Of a stretch of DNA of 48,959 bases, positions 9,033-17,459 are shown in pieces (position 1 is the stretch's first letter; each line of letters starts with the position of its first letter). The translations under genes and the position numbers were made by a program. The stretch lies in sequence record DRR723986_4988, one strand, 5' to 3'. Below the pieces are notes generated by a model. The model saw only the letters and a program-made list of their open reading frames with translations. It was not told the DNA's origin and did not search any database.

Positions 9033-10376
9033 CTAATCCTGCCCCTGGGCAGCCTCGATCGGATCGACGCTGTCATTCCAGTCGAGAAAGCGCACCTGGG
9101 AGGGGGGAATGGTTTCCGTGCCGGACAACACGGCGAAAAGGCGCAGGCCGTCGGTGAAGTAGGGGTCCCCGGACAGGTTCCGCGCCGGCTCGCTTTCGCT
9201 GGCCTCGCCAACGCCCCTGACGAAACCAAATTCCCGCAGGGTTCCGGAGACCAGCAGGCTTTGTAGCAGGTGTTCGCGGGACTCATCCACATTGGGGTCG
9301 ACCACGTGGGTAACGAAACCGACGCTGCCCAGGCTGGGCTTGATCCCGATGTCACGACTGACCTGGCCAATCCATACGGATCGTCCCTCCAGGAGGAACG
9401 GTAGCAGCCACAGCCGCAAGTGATTGCGCTGGAATATGGTGCTCCGGGGGCGCTGCATCGCCAGGTCCTGGGCCCTGTCCATCACATACAGCGGGCTGAT
9501 CGGCGCGACGGCGTATTCGCTGCCGGAGATACCGGCGCCAATCAGGCGTTTGATCGAATCCAGGCTGATGCGATGGGTGAAGGACCACCCGGCGCGCGCC
9601 AGCGATGCCAGAACCTCCTCACCGGTGCCTACCAGGACAAGGTTCAGGGGGTCACCGTCGCGCTCGGCGGTCTCATCCCGGGTACAGCAGTGCCAGGCTA
9701 CCAATCGACTGCGCACTTCGGCCAGCGAGAGGTCCGGGCGCTCCAGTTCGGGGTAGATCTTCGCGGGACTCATATCCTCGAAGTCAAACTCGCCGTTGTT
9801 CAGCGGGATGGCAAAGCCCATCTTCACCACGTGCTGTTCGCCGGAGAGCGCGACCTCGATATAGCGCCCACCCTCGTGTGCGGGTGCCAGGAGGTAACCC
9901 TCGTTGATCTCATTACTGCTGGTGTGAAGCGGAATTGCGAGTTCCCGGAACCGTTGGGTAAGGCGTGCTTCATCAGGCTCGCTGACCAGGCCTTTGAACA
10001 GTTCAGCCGCTTCATCTGGCGCAAAGTAGTTGGCATCCAGCGCCGATACCAGCAGCCAGTGTGAGTGGTCGGCGCGGTTGTCGATACGCAGCCAGATCGC
10101 CTGCAGGCCGACATCAGACAGGTCAACCCCGTACAGGGTGGCGGCCTGTTCATCCGTCAGGATGGCCGCTGAAACGGTGACCTGCTCCCTGGATTTGGTC
10201 TGGATCGTATCGGGATCCGGCCAGCCCGCCAGTGGCTGCGGTTCGAAGCTGGCGCAGCCGCCGGCGAGCAGGGCAGCCAGCAGTAAGGTCAGCAGCCCGA
10301 CGCGGTCGGCAAGTCTATTGGGTCTGGTCGACCGCTGCGCCGACAACTGTGCTGTTTGGGTGGCCTGGTCTGTCAT
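9033..10376 (-). CDS. Putative lipoprotein with LssY C-terminal-like domain
   Basis: Hydrophobic N-terminal stretch ending LLAGGC; GDPLNLVLVG, APISPLY...QDLA, RNHLRLW, WIGQVSRDIG, YFTDG motifs. Confidence 0.7.
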   Translation of the reverse strand: MTDQATQTAQLSAQRSTRPNRLADRVGLLTLLLAALLAGGCASFEPQPLAGWPDPDTIQTKSREQVTVSAAILTDEQAATLYGVDLSDVGLQAIWLRIDNRADHSHWLLVSALDANYFAPDEAAELFKGLVSEPDEARLTQRFRELAIPLHTSSNEINEGYLLAPAHEGGRYIEVALSGEQHVVKMGFAIPLNNGEFDFEDMSPAKIYPELERPDLSLAEVRSRLVAWHCCTRDETAERDGDPLNLVLVGTGEEVLASLARAGWSFTHRISLDSIKRLIGAGISGSEYAVAPISPLYVMDRAQDLAMQRPRSTIFQRNHLRLWLLPFLLEGRSVWIGQVSRDIGIKPSLGSVGFVTHVVDPNVDESREHLLQSLLVSGTLREFGFVRGVGEASESEPARNLSGDPYFTDGLRLFAVLSGTETIPPSQVRFLDWNDSVDPIEAAQGQD

Positions 10377-10380
10377 GTGT

Positions 10381-12225
10381 CTATCTCACTGGCTGCTCGG
10401 TATCGACCGGCGTGATTGTATCGGTCTCGGTCTCTGGCGCGTCCGCCTGTCGCTGCTGGGCCAGCCATAGCCGGGCGTAATGGCCATCGAGCGCGAGTAG
10501 GTCATCGTGGGTGCCCTGTTCGACGATGCTGCCATTATCCAGGACCACGATCTTGTCGGCATCGACAACGGTGGACAGGCGGTGGGCAATAACCAGGCTG
10601 GTGTGGTCGCGGGAAATTTCGCGCAGGGCGCTGAGAATGGCGCGCTCGGAGCGTGAGTCCAGCGATGATGTCGCCTCGTCGAATACCAGGATGGGCGGGC
10701 GCTTGAGTATGGTGCGGGCGATCGCCACCCGCTGTTTTTCGCCCCCGGACAGTTTCAGGCCGCGTTCGCCGACCATGGTGTCCCCGCCCTTCGGCAGGCG
10801 GGCGATGAAATCGTCCAGGTGGGCGAGTCGAATGGCTTCATCGACCTCGCTATCACTCGCAGCCGGGTTGCCGTAGCGAACGTTCTCAAAAATCGTATCG
10901 TTAAACAGCACGGTGTCCTGTGGGACGATGCCGATGGCCCGGCGCAGGGATGCCTGGCTTACCGTCCGAATATCCTGGCCATCGATGGTGATGCGCCCCC
11001 CGGTAACGTCGTAGAACCGGAACAGCAGCTTGACCAGGGTCGACTTGCCGGCGCCACTGGCACCAACGACCGCGACTGTCTGGCGCGCACCAATTCGGAA
11101 GTCCACGCCGGTGAGAATCGGGCGTTCGGGAGAGTAGGCGAAGCTGACATCCTCGAAATTCACTTCCCCGTTGCTGGGCTGCAGTTCAGTGGCGTCGGCG
11201 GCATCGTCAATCGCGGGCTTGATCGCCATCAGTTTGAACATGTTCTCAATGTTGGCAAGTGAGCCCTTGATTTCGCGGAACACGAAGCCGAGAAAGCCCA
11301 GCGGCATGAACAGCTGGATCATGAACTGGTTGATCAGGATGAAATCCCCCAGGGTCAGCTGACCGCTGCGCACCTGCCACGCGGCGAGTCCGATCATGCT
11401 GGTCTGTGCCAGGGCGATGATCAGGGCCTGCCCGCCATTGAGGCCGAACAGGGACAGGCGGTTCTTGCGCCGCGCGAGCTCCCAGCGTTCCAGTTCGCGA
11501 TCGTAGCGCCGGGCCTCGAATTCCTCGTTGGTGAAGTACTTCACCGTTTCAAAATTCAGCAGGCTGTCTGTTGCCCGGGTATTACTCGATGAATCCGCCT
11601 CGTTCATCTCCCGCACGAACTGGGTACGCCATTCCGTGGCGCGCAGGGAGAACAGGCCATAGGCTGCTACGGACACCAGGGTGATAAGGGCGAAGTTGAT
11701 CCCGTAATTTAACAGCAGGATGCCCACCACCATGGCGATCTCGAACAGCGTGGGGATGATATTGAATACGAAGAAGCGCATCAGGAAGCTGATGCCAGTG
11801 GTGCCCCGTTCGATGTCACGGGACAGGGCACCGGTGCGCCGGTTGAGGTGGAAGTCGAGGTCCAGTGCGTGCACGTGCCGGAATACCTGCAGGCCGATGC
11901 GACGCATGGCCCGCTCGGTGACCCGGCCGAAGATCGTGTCACGCAGTTCGCCGAAAAAGACATTGGCGAAGCGTGCCGCCCCGTAGGCGAGTACCAGTCC
12001 CAGCAACAGGCGCGGGACCAGTGTGGTGACCGATTCGCCGTCCAGCGAGTCCACAAGATCCTTGAGCAGGAAGGGGATCAGCAGGATGGCGCCCTTGGCT
12101 GCGAGCAGGCACAGCATGGCAAGTAGGACCCGTCGGCGCGATTCGCGCAGGTAGGGAACGAGGTGCGAGATAATCCGCCAGTTCAGTGGCGAGTCATTGC
12201 CGAGGTCATGGTTGCCGTGCTGCAT
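10381..12225 (-). CDS. Atm1-type ABC exporter (permease plus ATPase)
   Basis: FHLNRRTGALSRDIERG, DSLLNFETVKYF (Atm1 hallmarks); Walker A GASGAGKS; LSGGEKQR; DEATSSLD. Confidence 0.92.
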   Translation of the reverse strand: MQHGNHDLGNDSPLNWRIISHLVPYLRESRRRVLLAMLCLLAAKGAILLIPFLLKDLVDSLDGESVTTLVPRLLLGLVLAYGAARFANVFFGELRDTIFGRVTERAMRRIGLQVFRHVHALDLDFHLNRRTGALSRDIERGTTGISFLMRFFVFNIIPTLFEIAMVVGILLLNYGINFALITLVSVAAYGLFSLRATEWRTQFVREMNEADSSSNTRATDSLLNFETVKYFTNEEFEARRYDRELERWELARRKNRLSLFGLNGGQALIIALAQTSMIGLAAWQVRSGQLTLGDFILINQFMIQLFMPLGFLGFVFREIKGSLANIENMFKLMAIKPAIDDAADATELQPSNGEVNFEDVSFAYSPERPILTGVDFRIGARQTVAVVGASGAGKSTLVKLLFRFYDVTGGRITIDGQDIRTVSQASLRRAIGIVPQDTVLFNDTIFENVRYGNPAASDSEVDEAIRLAHLDDFIARLPKGGDTMVGERGLKLSGGEKQRVAIARTILKRPPILVFDEATSSLDSRSERAILSALREISRDHTSLVIAHRLSTVVDADKIVVLDNGSIVEQGTHDDLLALDGHYARLWLAQQRQADAPETETDTITPVDTEQPVR

Positions 12226-12231
12226 CAGGGG

Positions 12232-12313
12232 AGTATAACCGCTGCCGAATGACAGCTTTTGTCATCGCAAAAATCAATAAATAACATTAAATAAGCTCTA
12301 TAACTAATTGATT
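12232..12313 (-). promoter_or_regulatory. Putative promoter region of the Atm1 gene: -10 TATACT, palindrome ATGACA-N5-TGTCAT, IHF-like site(s)
   Basis: Minus-strand TATACT at 12232-12237; inverted repeat 12249-12265; minus-strand AATCAATTAGTTA (12301-12313) matches IHF consensus WATCAANNNNTTR; very AT-rich. Confidence 0.5.
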
Positions 12314-12338
12314 AATAGTATTATTTTCTATTTATATG

Positions 12339-13508
12339 TCAGGCGCTGGCCGGGTTTGCCCCGGTGTCATGCTGCTGCCGGTCTCCACCCACCCAGGTAT
12401 TGCGTACCGCGTAGTCATCGTCGAAATGAACAAGGTCGACCCGGTAGCCCGGTGCCAGCCGGCCCCGTTCATCCTCCCGGCGCAGGAAAGCGGCGGGGTA
12501 AAGCGACGCCATATTCAGGCACTCGCCGAGCTCGATGCCGGCGGCCGTGTGGGCGGTGCGTACCGCATCGATCATCCCGATAGCGCTGCCCGCCAGTTTC
12601 CCCTCGGCATTGACCAGCTTGCCGTCGCGCAGGGTAATGGTCTCCTCGTAGAGTTGAAAGCTGTCCTGGCCTGAGCCCACCGTTGCCATTGCATCGGTGA
12701 CCAGGCAGAGCTTGCCACGGGCTTTCGCGCGATGCGCCAGCAGCAGGCTGGCCGGGTGTACGTGATGACCATCGGCAATGATTCCGGCCCAGCTATGCAG
12801 ATCATCCAGTGCTGCGCCGACCACTCCGGGTTCGCGGGCGGTGACCGGGGGCATGGCGTTGTACAGGTGGGTAAAGCCCCGCAAGCCTTCCTCCAAAGCG
12901 GTTCGGGTCTGTTCGTAGCTGGCATTGGTGTGACCCGCGCAGACCAGGATGCCGGCCTCGGCCAGACGCCGCACCTGGCCGGGTTCGCAACGTTCCGGGG
13001 CAAGGGTCAGCATAAGCGGCAGGTCGGCGGCATCGACGAGCCAGTTCAGATCGTGCTCCGTGAGGTCACGCAGGCAGGCCTGGCGATGTACGCCGCGTCG
13101 GGCAGGTTCGAAAAACGGGCCTTCGATGTGCAGGCCGAGGATCGAGGCACTATGCTGCGCGCGGGTCTCGCGCACCGCTTCGATGCCTTGTCGGTAGACC
13201 TCCGGCTGGTCGGAAATCAGGGTTGGCATCATTGCCGTGGTGCCGAAGGCGCGATGGGCTGCCAGCAGGGTATGCAAGGTGCCGCTGTCGGGCTGGCTGT
13301 TGAACATCACCCCGCCGCCGCCATTGACCTGCAGGTCAATGAAACCCGGTGCAAGGATACCGTCCTCGAGATCGACTAGTGCGATGCGTGGCGGGATATT
13401 CGCCGTGGGCAGGATGTCCAGAATCAGGCCATCGTCCACTAACAGGGCGTACTCAAACAGCCAGCTGTCGCCATCGAAGATTCTGGGTGCGGTGATCGCT
13501 TCGGTCAC
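12339..13508 (-). CDS. nagA: N-acetylglucosamine-6-phosphate deacetylase
   Basis: APGFIDLQVNGGGG, GLHIEGPF, AGHTNA, FTHLYNAM, IADGHHV, VTDAM, LAGS; start placed at GTG 13508 (VTEAITAPRIFDG). Confidence 0.93.
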   Translation of the reverse strand: MTEAITAPRIFDGDSWLFEYALLVDDGLILDILPTANIPPRIALVDLEDGILAPGFIDLQVNGGGGVMFNSQPDSGTLHTLLAAHRAFGTTAMMPTLISDQPEVYRQGIEAVRETRAQHSASILGLHIEGPFFEPARRGVHRQACLRDLTEHDLNWLVDAADLPLMLTLAPERCEPGQVRRLAEAGILVCAGHTNASYEQTRTALEEGLRGFTHLYNAMPPVTAREPGVVGAALDDLHSWAGIIADGHHVHPASLLLAHRAKARGKLCLVTDAMATVGSGQDSFQLYEETITLRDGKLVNAEGKLAGSAIGMIDAVRTAHTAAGIELGECLNMASLYPAAFLRREDERGRLAPGYRVDLVHFDDDYAVRNTWVGGDRQQHDTGANPASA

Positions 13509-13657
13509 AGGTTTGCCTACAGGCTCCGGCTGGTGGTCGATTAGTAGACATCCTACGTTGCCGGAGGGTCGCCGCACAATGTTCCGTCCCCGGTCGCGTG
13601 GCCGGCCGAGTAGCACAGGAAAAGCCTTCGTCGCCGGACGAGCCGCAGGTTGATGGT

Positions 13658-13686
13658 TTGGCGGATCGCGGCTGTCGGTTTACAAT
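13658..13686 (+). promoter_or_regulatory. Putative sigma70 promoter for the leader ORF and TonB receptor
   Basis: TTGGCG (13658-13663), 17 nt spacer, TACAAT (13681-13686); 28 nt before GTG 13715. Confidence 0.5.
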
Positions 13687-13714
13687 TCGCGCTCCCCCGA
13701 TTTCGAGTTCCGCG

Positions 13715-14155
13715 GTGACCTCTACTGGCAGCACAGGGCAAGGCCGTTTAAGCGCCAGGCAGCGCTTCGGTCTGCTGTGCGCGCTGCTCGCCTATGTTCT
13801 GACCAGCGCCGTGGTTCCGGCGGGCTATATGGCCGCGCCGCTCGGCGCTGGCACCCCGGTGCACCTGTGCCCCGGTGATGCCCGCAGCGCGCTTCTTATC
13901 CAGGCACTGGCAACGCCGGCCATGGATCACCATCATCATCACCATGGCCACGGTGACGCCGGTGCCGAGGGTGGGGCGAAAGGTTCCGCCGAACCCGGTT
14001 GCAGCTTTGCCGGTTTCGGTACTGCGCTTGTCGCGGCGTCAACCAGCCTGCCTGACGGGGCAGTGGCCGGTGACATTCCGCTGCCAGCCACCGTTTCCCG
14101 GATTAATGCTCGAGCCCTCTGGCTCCGGCCACCGGTGCGTTCCCCGCCCGCCTGA
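13715..14155 (+). CDS. DUF2946-like His-rich leader protein (CruR/CutF-like candidate ribosome arrest peptide)
   Basis: N-terminal TM/signal ending VVPAGYM, HLCP, DHHHHHHGH, CSFA, C-terminal RPPVRSPPA; directly upstream of a TonB receptor; start uncertain (GTG 13715 chosen from promoter position). Confidence 0.75.
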   Translation: MTSTGSTGQGRLSARQRFGLLCALLAYVLTSAVVPAGYMAAPLGAGTPVHLCPGDARSALLIQALATPAMDHHHHHHGHGDAGAEGGAKGSAEPGCSFAGFGTALVAASTSLPDGAVAGDIPLPATVSRINARALWLRPPVRSPPA

Positions 14156-14273
14156 TTTCTCACCCATAGCAGCAGTCGCTGCACCCTGATGCCTGGCAAC
14201 TGACACGCTGGTCGGATCCTCTGCGGTCCGCCCGGCGTCTGCGGGCGTCCGAACTTTTTGCGGGAGAAATTTC
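14155..14273 (+). promoter_or_regulatory. Structured intercistronic leader: anti-SD plus GC hairpin with U-tract
   Basis: ATTTCTC(A)CC at 14155-14164 is complementary to GGGAGAAAT at 14262-14270 (receptor SD); hairpin CGCCCG/CGGGCG 14229-14247 followed by TTTTT 14255-14259. Confidence 0.5.
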
Positions 14274-16349
14274 ATGAAGTTATCACTATCCATCGCCGCC
14301 GGTGCGGCGGTGATGCTTGCCGGACCCCTGGCGGCCGAATCCCTGGAACAGGTGGTCGTATCGGCGCAGCGGGACACGCGTACAGTCGACGTCATCGAGG
14401 CGCTGGTTGTCGCGCCTGACGTATCGCGCCTGCTATTGCAGGCCCCTGGCGCCAATATCAATGCCAATGGCCCGATCACCGGCATACCCCAGTATCGTGG
14501 ACTGTTCGGTCCACGGATCGCCGTTTCCCTCGACGGTAACCAGTTGGCGCCAGCCGGGCCTAACTGGATGGATCCGCCCTTGTCGTATGCGGTGACAGCG
14601 CAGCTGGAGTCGCTGCAGGTCTACCGTGGTATTGCCCCGGTCAGTGTTGCCCAGGAGTCGCTTGGCGGTGCGGTGGAAGCCCGTACCCGGCACGGCGAAT
14701 TCGGCGAGCAGGACAGTTTCACTTTCGAGGGAAGGGTGATGGGCAGCGCCCAGAGCGTCAGTAACGGGTATCAGCTGGATGCTGACCTGTTGCTGGCCAA
14801 TCGCTCGCAGCGATTCCGGCTGGCGGGTATGACCCAGGTCGGTGACGATGCCGAGTTCCCGGGCGGCGATATCCTGCCCACCGAATATGAGCGCCAGCGC
14901 TATGACCTGGGGTATGGCGTCCGCGTGGGTAATCACACGCTGCAGCTCGACTACGGCTATAACGATACCGGTAACGCGGGCACCCCCGCGCTGCCCATGG
15001 ACATCGATTATTTCGAGGGCGACCTGCTGGCGCTCAGCTACCGTTTCGAAGCGGGACCGGCACTGGCCCTGGAAACCCGGCTGTATGGCAGTGACCTCGA
15101 TCATGGCATGACCAACTTCCATCTGCGTCCGCCACCATCGCCGACCGGATGGCGGCAGAATATTGCTACTTCCCGCAATCGCGGGCTGGAATTGCAGGCA
15201 TTGCTGAACGATGACCAGGGGAGTTGGCGTTTCGGGGTCGATGCCTTCCGCGAGACCCATGACTCGGATATCGATAACCCGAAGAATCCCATGTTTTTTG
15301 TGCAGAACTTCAACGGGGCGGAGCGTGAGGTTCTGGGCGCATTTCTTGAGCGTGAGCTGCAGTGGGGTGAACACTGGCGTACCGAATTCGGCCTGCGTTA
15401 CAACCAGGTGACCGCCGATGCAGGAGAGGTCGACGGCACCCCTGCCATGATGATGCCACCCGCGGCTTTACTCCGGGACAGCTTTAATTCAGCAGACCGG
15501 AAACAGCGGGATGACAATGTCGACCTGGTGGCGAAAGCCTGGTACTCGGTCTCCGACGCGCTTAGCCTGTATGCCGGCCTGGCCCGCAAGCAGCGCAGCC
15601 CCAGTTACCAGGAGCGTTACCTGTGGCTGCCGCTGGAGGCCACTGGCGGGCTCGCCGATGGCCAGCTTTACGTCGGCGATATAGCCCTGGAATCGGAGCG
15701 CGCGCATATTGCCGAACTGGGCCTGGATTTTGTCGGCGGACGACTGCGTCTATCGCCCCGTTTGTTCTACAACCAGATCGATGACTATATCCAGGGTACA
15801 AGCCTGGGCCCGATGCATCCCGCCACCATGATGGTGCGGATGATGAACGCGGCCAACGGCACTGATCGGGCCGATCCGCTGCGCTTTGCCAATGTCGATG
15901 CGCGACTTTACGGTTTCGATATGGACTGGTCCCTGCAGCTCGATGACCGTTGGTCGCTCTCCGGCTTGGTGAACCATGTTCGGGGAGAGCGGCGTGATAT
16001 CGATGATCACCTGTACCGGATCGCACCTGCCAACGCCACGATTCGGGTCGACTACCGCACCAGCGACTGGGGTCTCAGCCTGGAGAATGTGCTGTATGCG
16101 AGCCAGGATCGGGTGAGCGCGACCAATCGCGAGCAGGTATCTGCCGGTTACGGCACCGTGAACCTGCGCGGTACCTGGCAGGCGGCGCCCGGACTGCAGC
16201 TTGCAGCCGGGGTGGAGAACCTGTTCGACAAGGCTTATCGGGAGCATCTGGGTGGCTACAACCGGGTGGTAAATCCGGATATTGCAGTCGGCTCGCGCTT
16301 GCCGGGTTACGGGACCAATATCTTTGCCCGCGTGGCCTATGCGTTCTGA
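14274..16349 (+). CDS. TonB-dependent receptor, OprC-like metal (copper?) receptor
   Basis: Signal peptide, TonB box EQVVVSA, GPNWMDPPLSY plug motif, DHGMTNF (HxM), Met-rich loops, GVENLFDK, C-terminal Phe. Confidence 0.9.
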   Translation: MKLSLSIAAGAAVMLAGPLAAESLEQVVVSAQRDTRTVDVIEALVVAPDVSRLLLQAPGANINANGPITGIPQYRGLFGPRIAVSLDGNQLAPAGPNWMDPPLSYAVTAQLESLQVYRGIAPVSVAQESLGGAVEARTRHGEFGEQDSFTFEGRVMGSAQSVSNGYQLDADLLLANRSQRFRLAGMTQVGDDAEFPGGDILPTEYERQRYDLGYGVRVGNHTLQLDYGYNDTGNAGTPALPMDIDYFEGDLLALSYRFEAGPALALETRLYGSDLDHGMTNFHLRPPPSPTGWRQNIATSRNRGLELQALLNDDQGSWRFGVDAFRETHDSDIDNPKNPMFFVQNFNGAEREVLGAFLERELQWGEHWRTEFGLRYNQVTADAGEVDGTPAMMMPPAALLRDSFNSADRKQRDDNVDLVAKAWYSVSDALSLYAGLARKQRSPSYQERYLWLPLEATGGLADGQLYVGDIALESERAHIAELGLDFVGGRLRLSPRLFYNQIDDYIQGTSLGPMHPATMMVRMMNAANGTDRADPLRFANVDARLYGFDMDWSLQLDDRWSLSGLVNHVRGERRDIDDHLYRIAPANATIRVDYRTSDWGLSLENVLYASQDRVSATNREQVSAGYGTVNLRGTWQAAPGLQLAAGVENLFDKAYREHLGGYNRVVNPDIAVGSRLPGYGTNIFARVAYAF

Positions 16350-16354
16350 ACCGG

Positions 16355-16388
16355 GGCGGGGGTATGGAGGTGACTCAATCCCCCCGCC
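16355..16388 (+). terminator. GC-rich hairpin just downstream of the receptor gene
   Basis: GGCGGGGG (16355-16362) pairs with CCCCCGCC (16381-16388); no U-tract, large loop. Confidence 0.3.
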
Positions 16389-16398
16389 GTGGCCGTTC

Positions 16399-16497
16399 GG
16401 CAGGAGAGCCGGTTAGGGCTGCGAGCCAAGCTCCGTTGGAGTCACCGGTGGAGTACTCTGTGCTTCGATTAGCCTCTCAGGTTTTGTGACAGGGGAA
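16399..16497 (+). ncRNA. Degenerate glycine-riboswitch-like element
   Basis: GGAGAG (16403), CACCGgtGGAG (16443; consensus CACCGAAGGAG), CTCTCAGG (16474), GTGACAGGGG (16486) in canonical order; core CCGAAG is altered and P1 is not clearly formed. Confidence 0.3.
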
Positions 16498-16614
16498 GGC
16501 GCAAAAAGTAGCGCTGAGCATTGGGCCGGTCCAGACGGTGGTGCTTGCTAGGGCGCGGGGTCAGGGACTATTGTTGCGCATGTTGATCCACAATCCTCAC
16601 AGAGAGGTGTTCCC

Positions 16615-17313
16615 ATGGTTTTTATCCGTTCAACCCGGTTCCTGCGTTGGTCCCGCGAGCAGGCCTGCGCGCTGCGAGGTCTTATTTTGTTGCTGGCGAT
16701 TTCGGCAGGTCCGGCATTGGCCGATACGACAACAGCGCGCTGTGATGTCTACCCGCTCGGTGAGGACCACACCGATAACAGTGCGCCCTGTACCTTTTCC
16801 CAGCGACAGGGGCATATCCATATCGTCAGGGCGGACGGGGTAAGCCATGACCTTACTCCCGACGGGGAGACCCCCGGTAATTTCCAGGACCAGGACGGGC
16901 AGCCGGTTTACCGGCAGAGTGGGCTGGGCGATGACGGGCTGATTTTTCGGTTCCCTGGAGAGAGCCTCTTTGTCTACTGGCAGACAATGGCAGATACAGC
17001 TGCCGATCCCGACAATCCCACAGCGCCGTATTCGACAGATGACTTTGATGCAACCACGCTGTTGCCCTGCCGTGCTGAATCCGACGCAGAAATGGGCAGC
17101 TGTCCCGCCGGTATTCTGCGCATGGAAGACGGGGAGGCTTCCATTGTCGTCATGAGCCCGGCTGGTGAAGAGTTCACCATCAATTTCATGAAAGAGTACG
17201 TGAATGCCACTAACCGTGAAGTAGCGGCGGAGCTCAAGGGCGATATGTGGTTTGTTACCGTGGACGGGGTAGAGGAATACACTGTTCCGCTGGCAGCAAT
17301 CGAAGGCGGTTGA
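16615..17313 (+). CDS. Hypothetical secreted protein with two Cys pairs
   Basis: GAGAGG RBS; signal peptide ending ALA-D; acidic mature part with two apparent domains, ending YTVPLAAIEGG. Confidence 0.75.
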   Translation: MVFIRSTRFLRWSREQACALRGLILLLAISAGPALADTTTARCDVYPLGEDHTDNSAPCTFSQRQGHIHIVRADGVSHDLTPDGETPGNFQDQDGQPVYRQSGLGDDGLIFRFPGESLFVYWQTMADTAADPDNPTAPYSTDDFDATTLLPCRAESDAEMGSCPAGILRMEDGEASIVVMSPAGEEFTINFMKEYVNATNREVAAELKGDMWFVTVDGVEEYTVPLAAIEGG

Positions 17314-17459
17314 CGCGCTGCCATGGCAGAAAGTCGCCGGTTACCCGTGTTGTAGACGTTGCGCGGTGCTTCCCGCCCAGCACGCATTCTCGCTGGCGCC
17401 CTGGGCGAAAGACACGGGCTGGCGGGGCTTGGATCCGCAAGCCTTCACCTCGGACGGCG

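Noticed and set aside
12269-12337. AT-rich tract as an origin, dif site or mobile-element end
   Set aside because: No DnaA box cluster, XerC/D consensus, terminal repeats or transposase seen; better explained as a promoter region
13598-13714. Longer N-terminal extensions given by the ORF track (also for nagA, GST, cupin, IclR, CoA ligase, SDR at 35431, deaD, ALDH, AraC)
   Set aside because: Extensions overlap neighbouring genes or promoters and lack family similarity; downstream starts fit family length and often have an RBS
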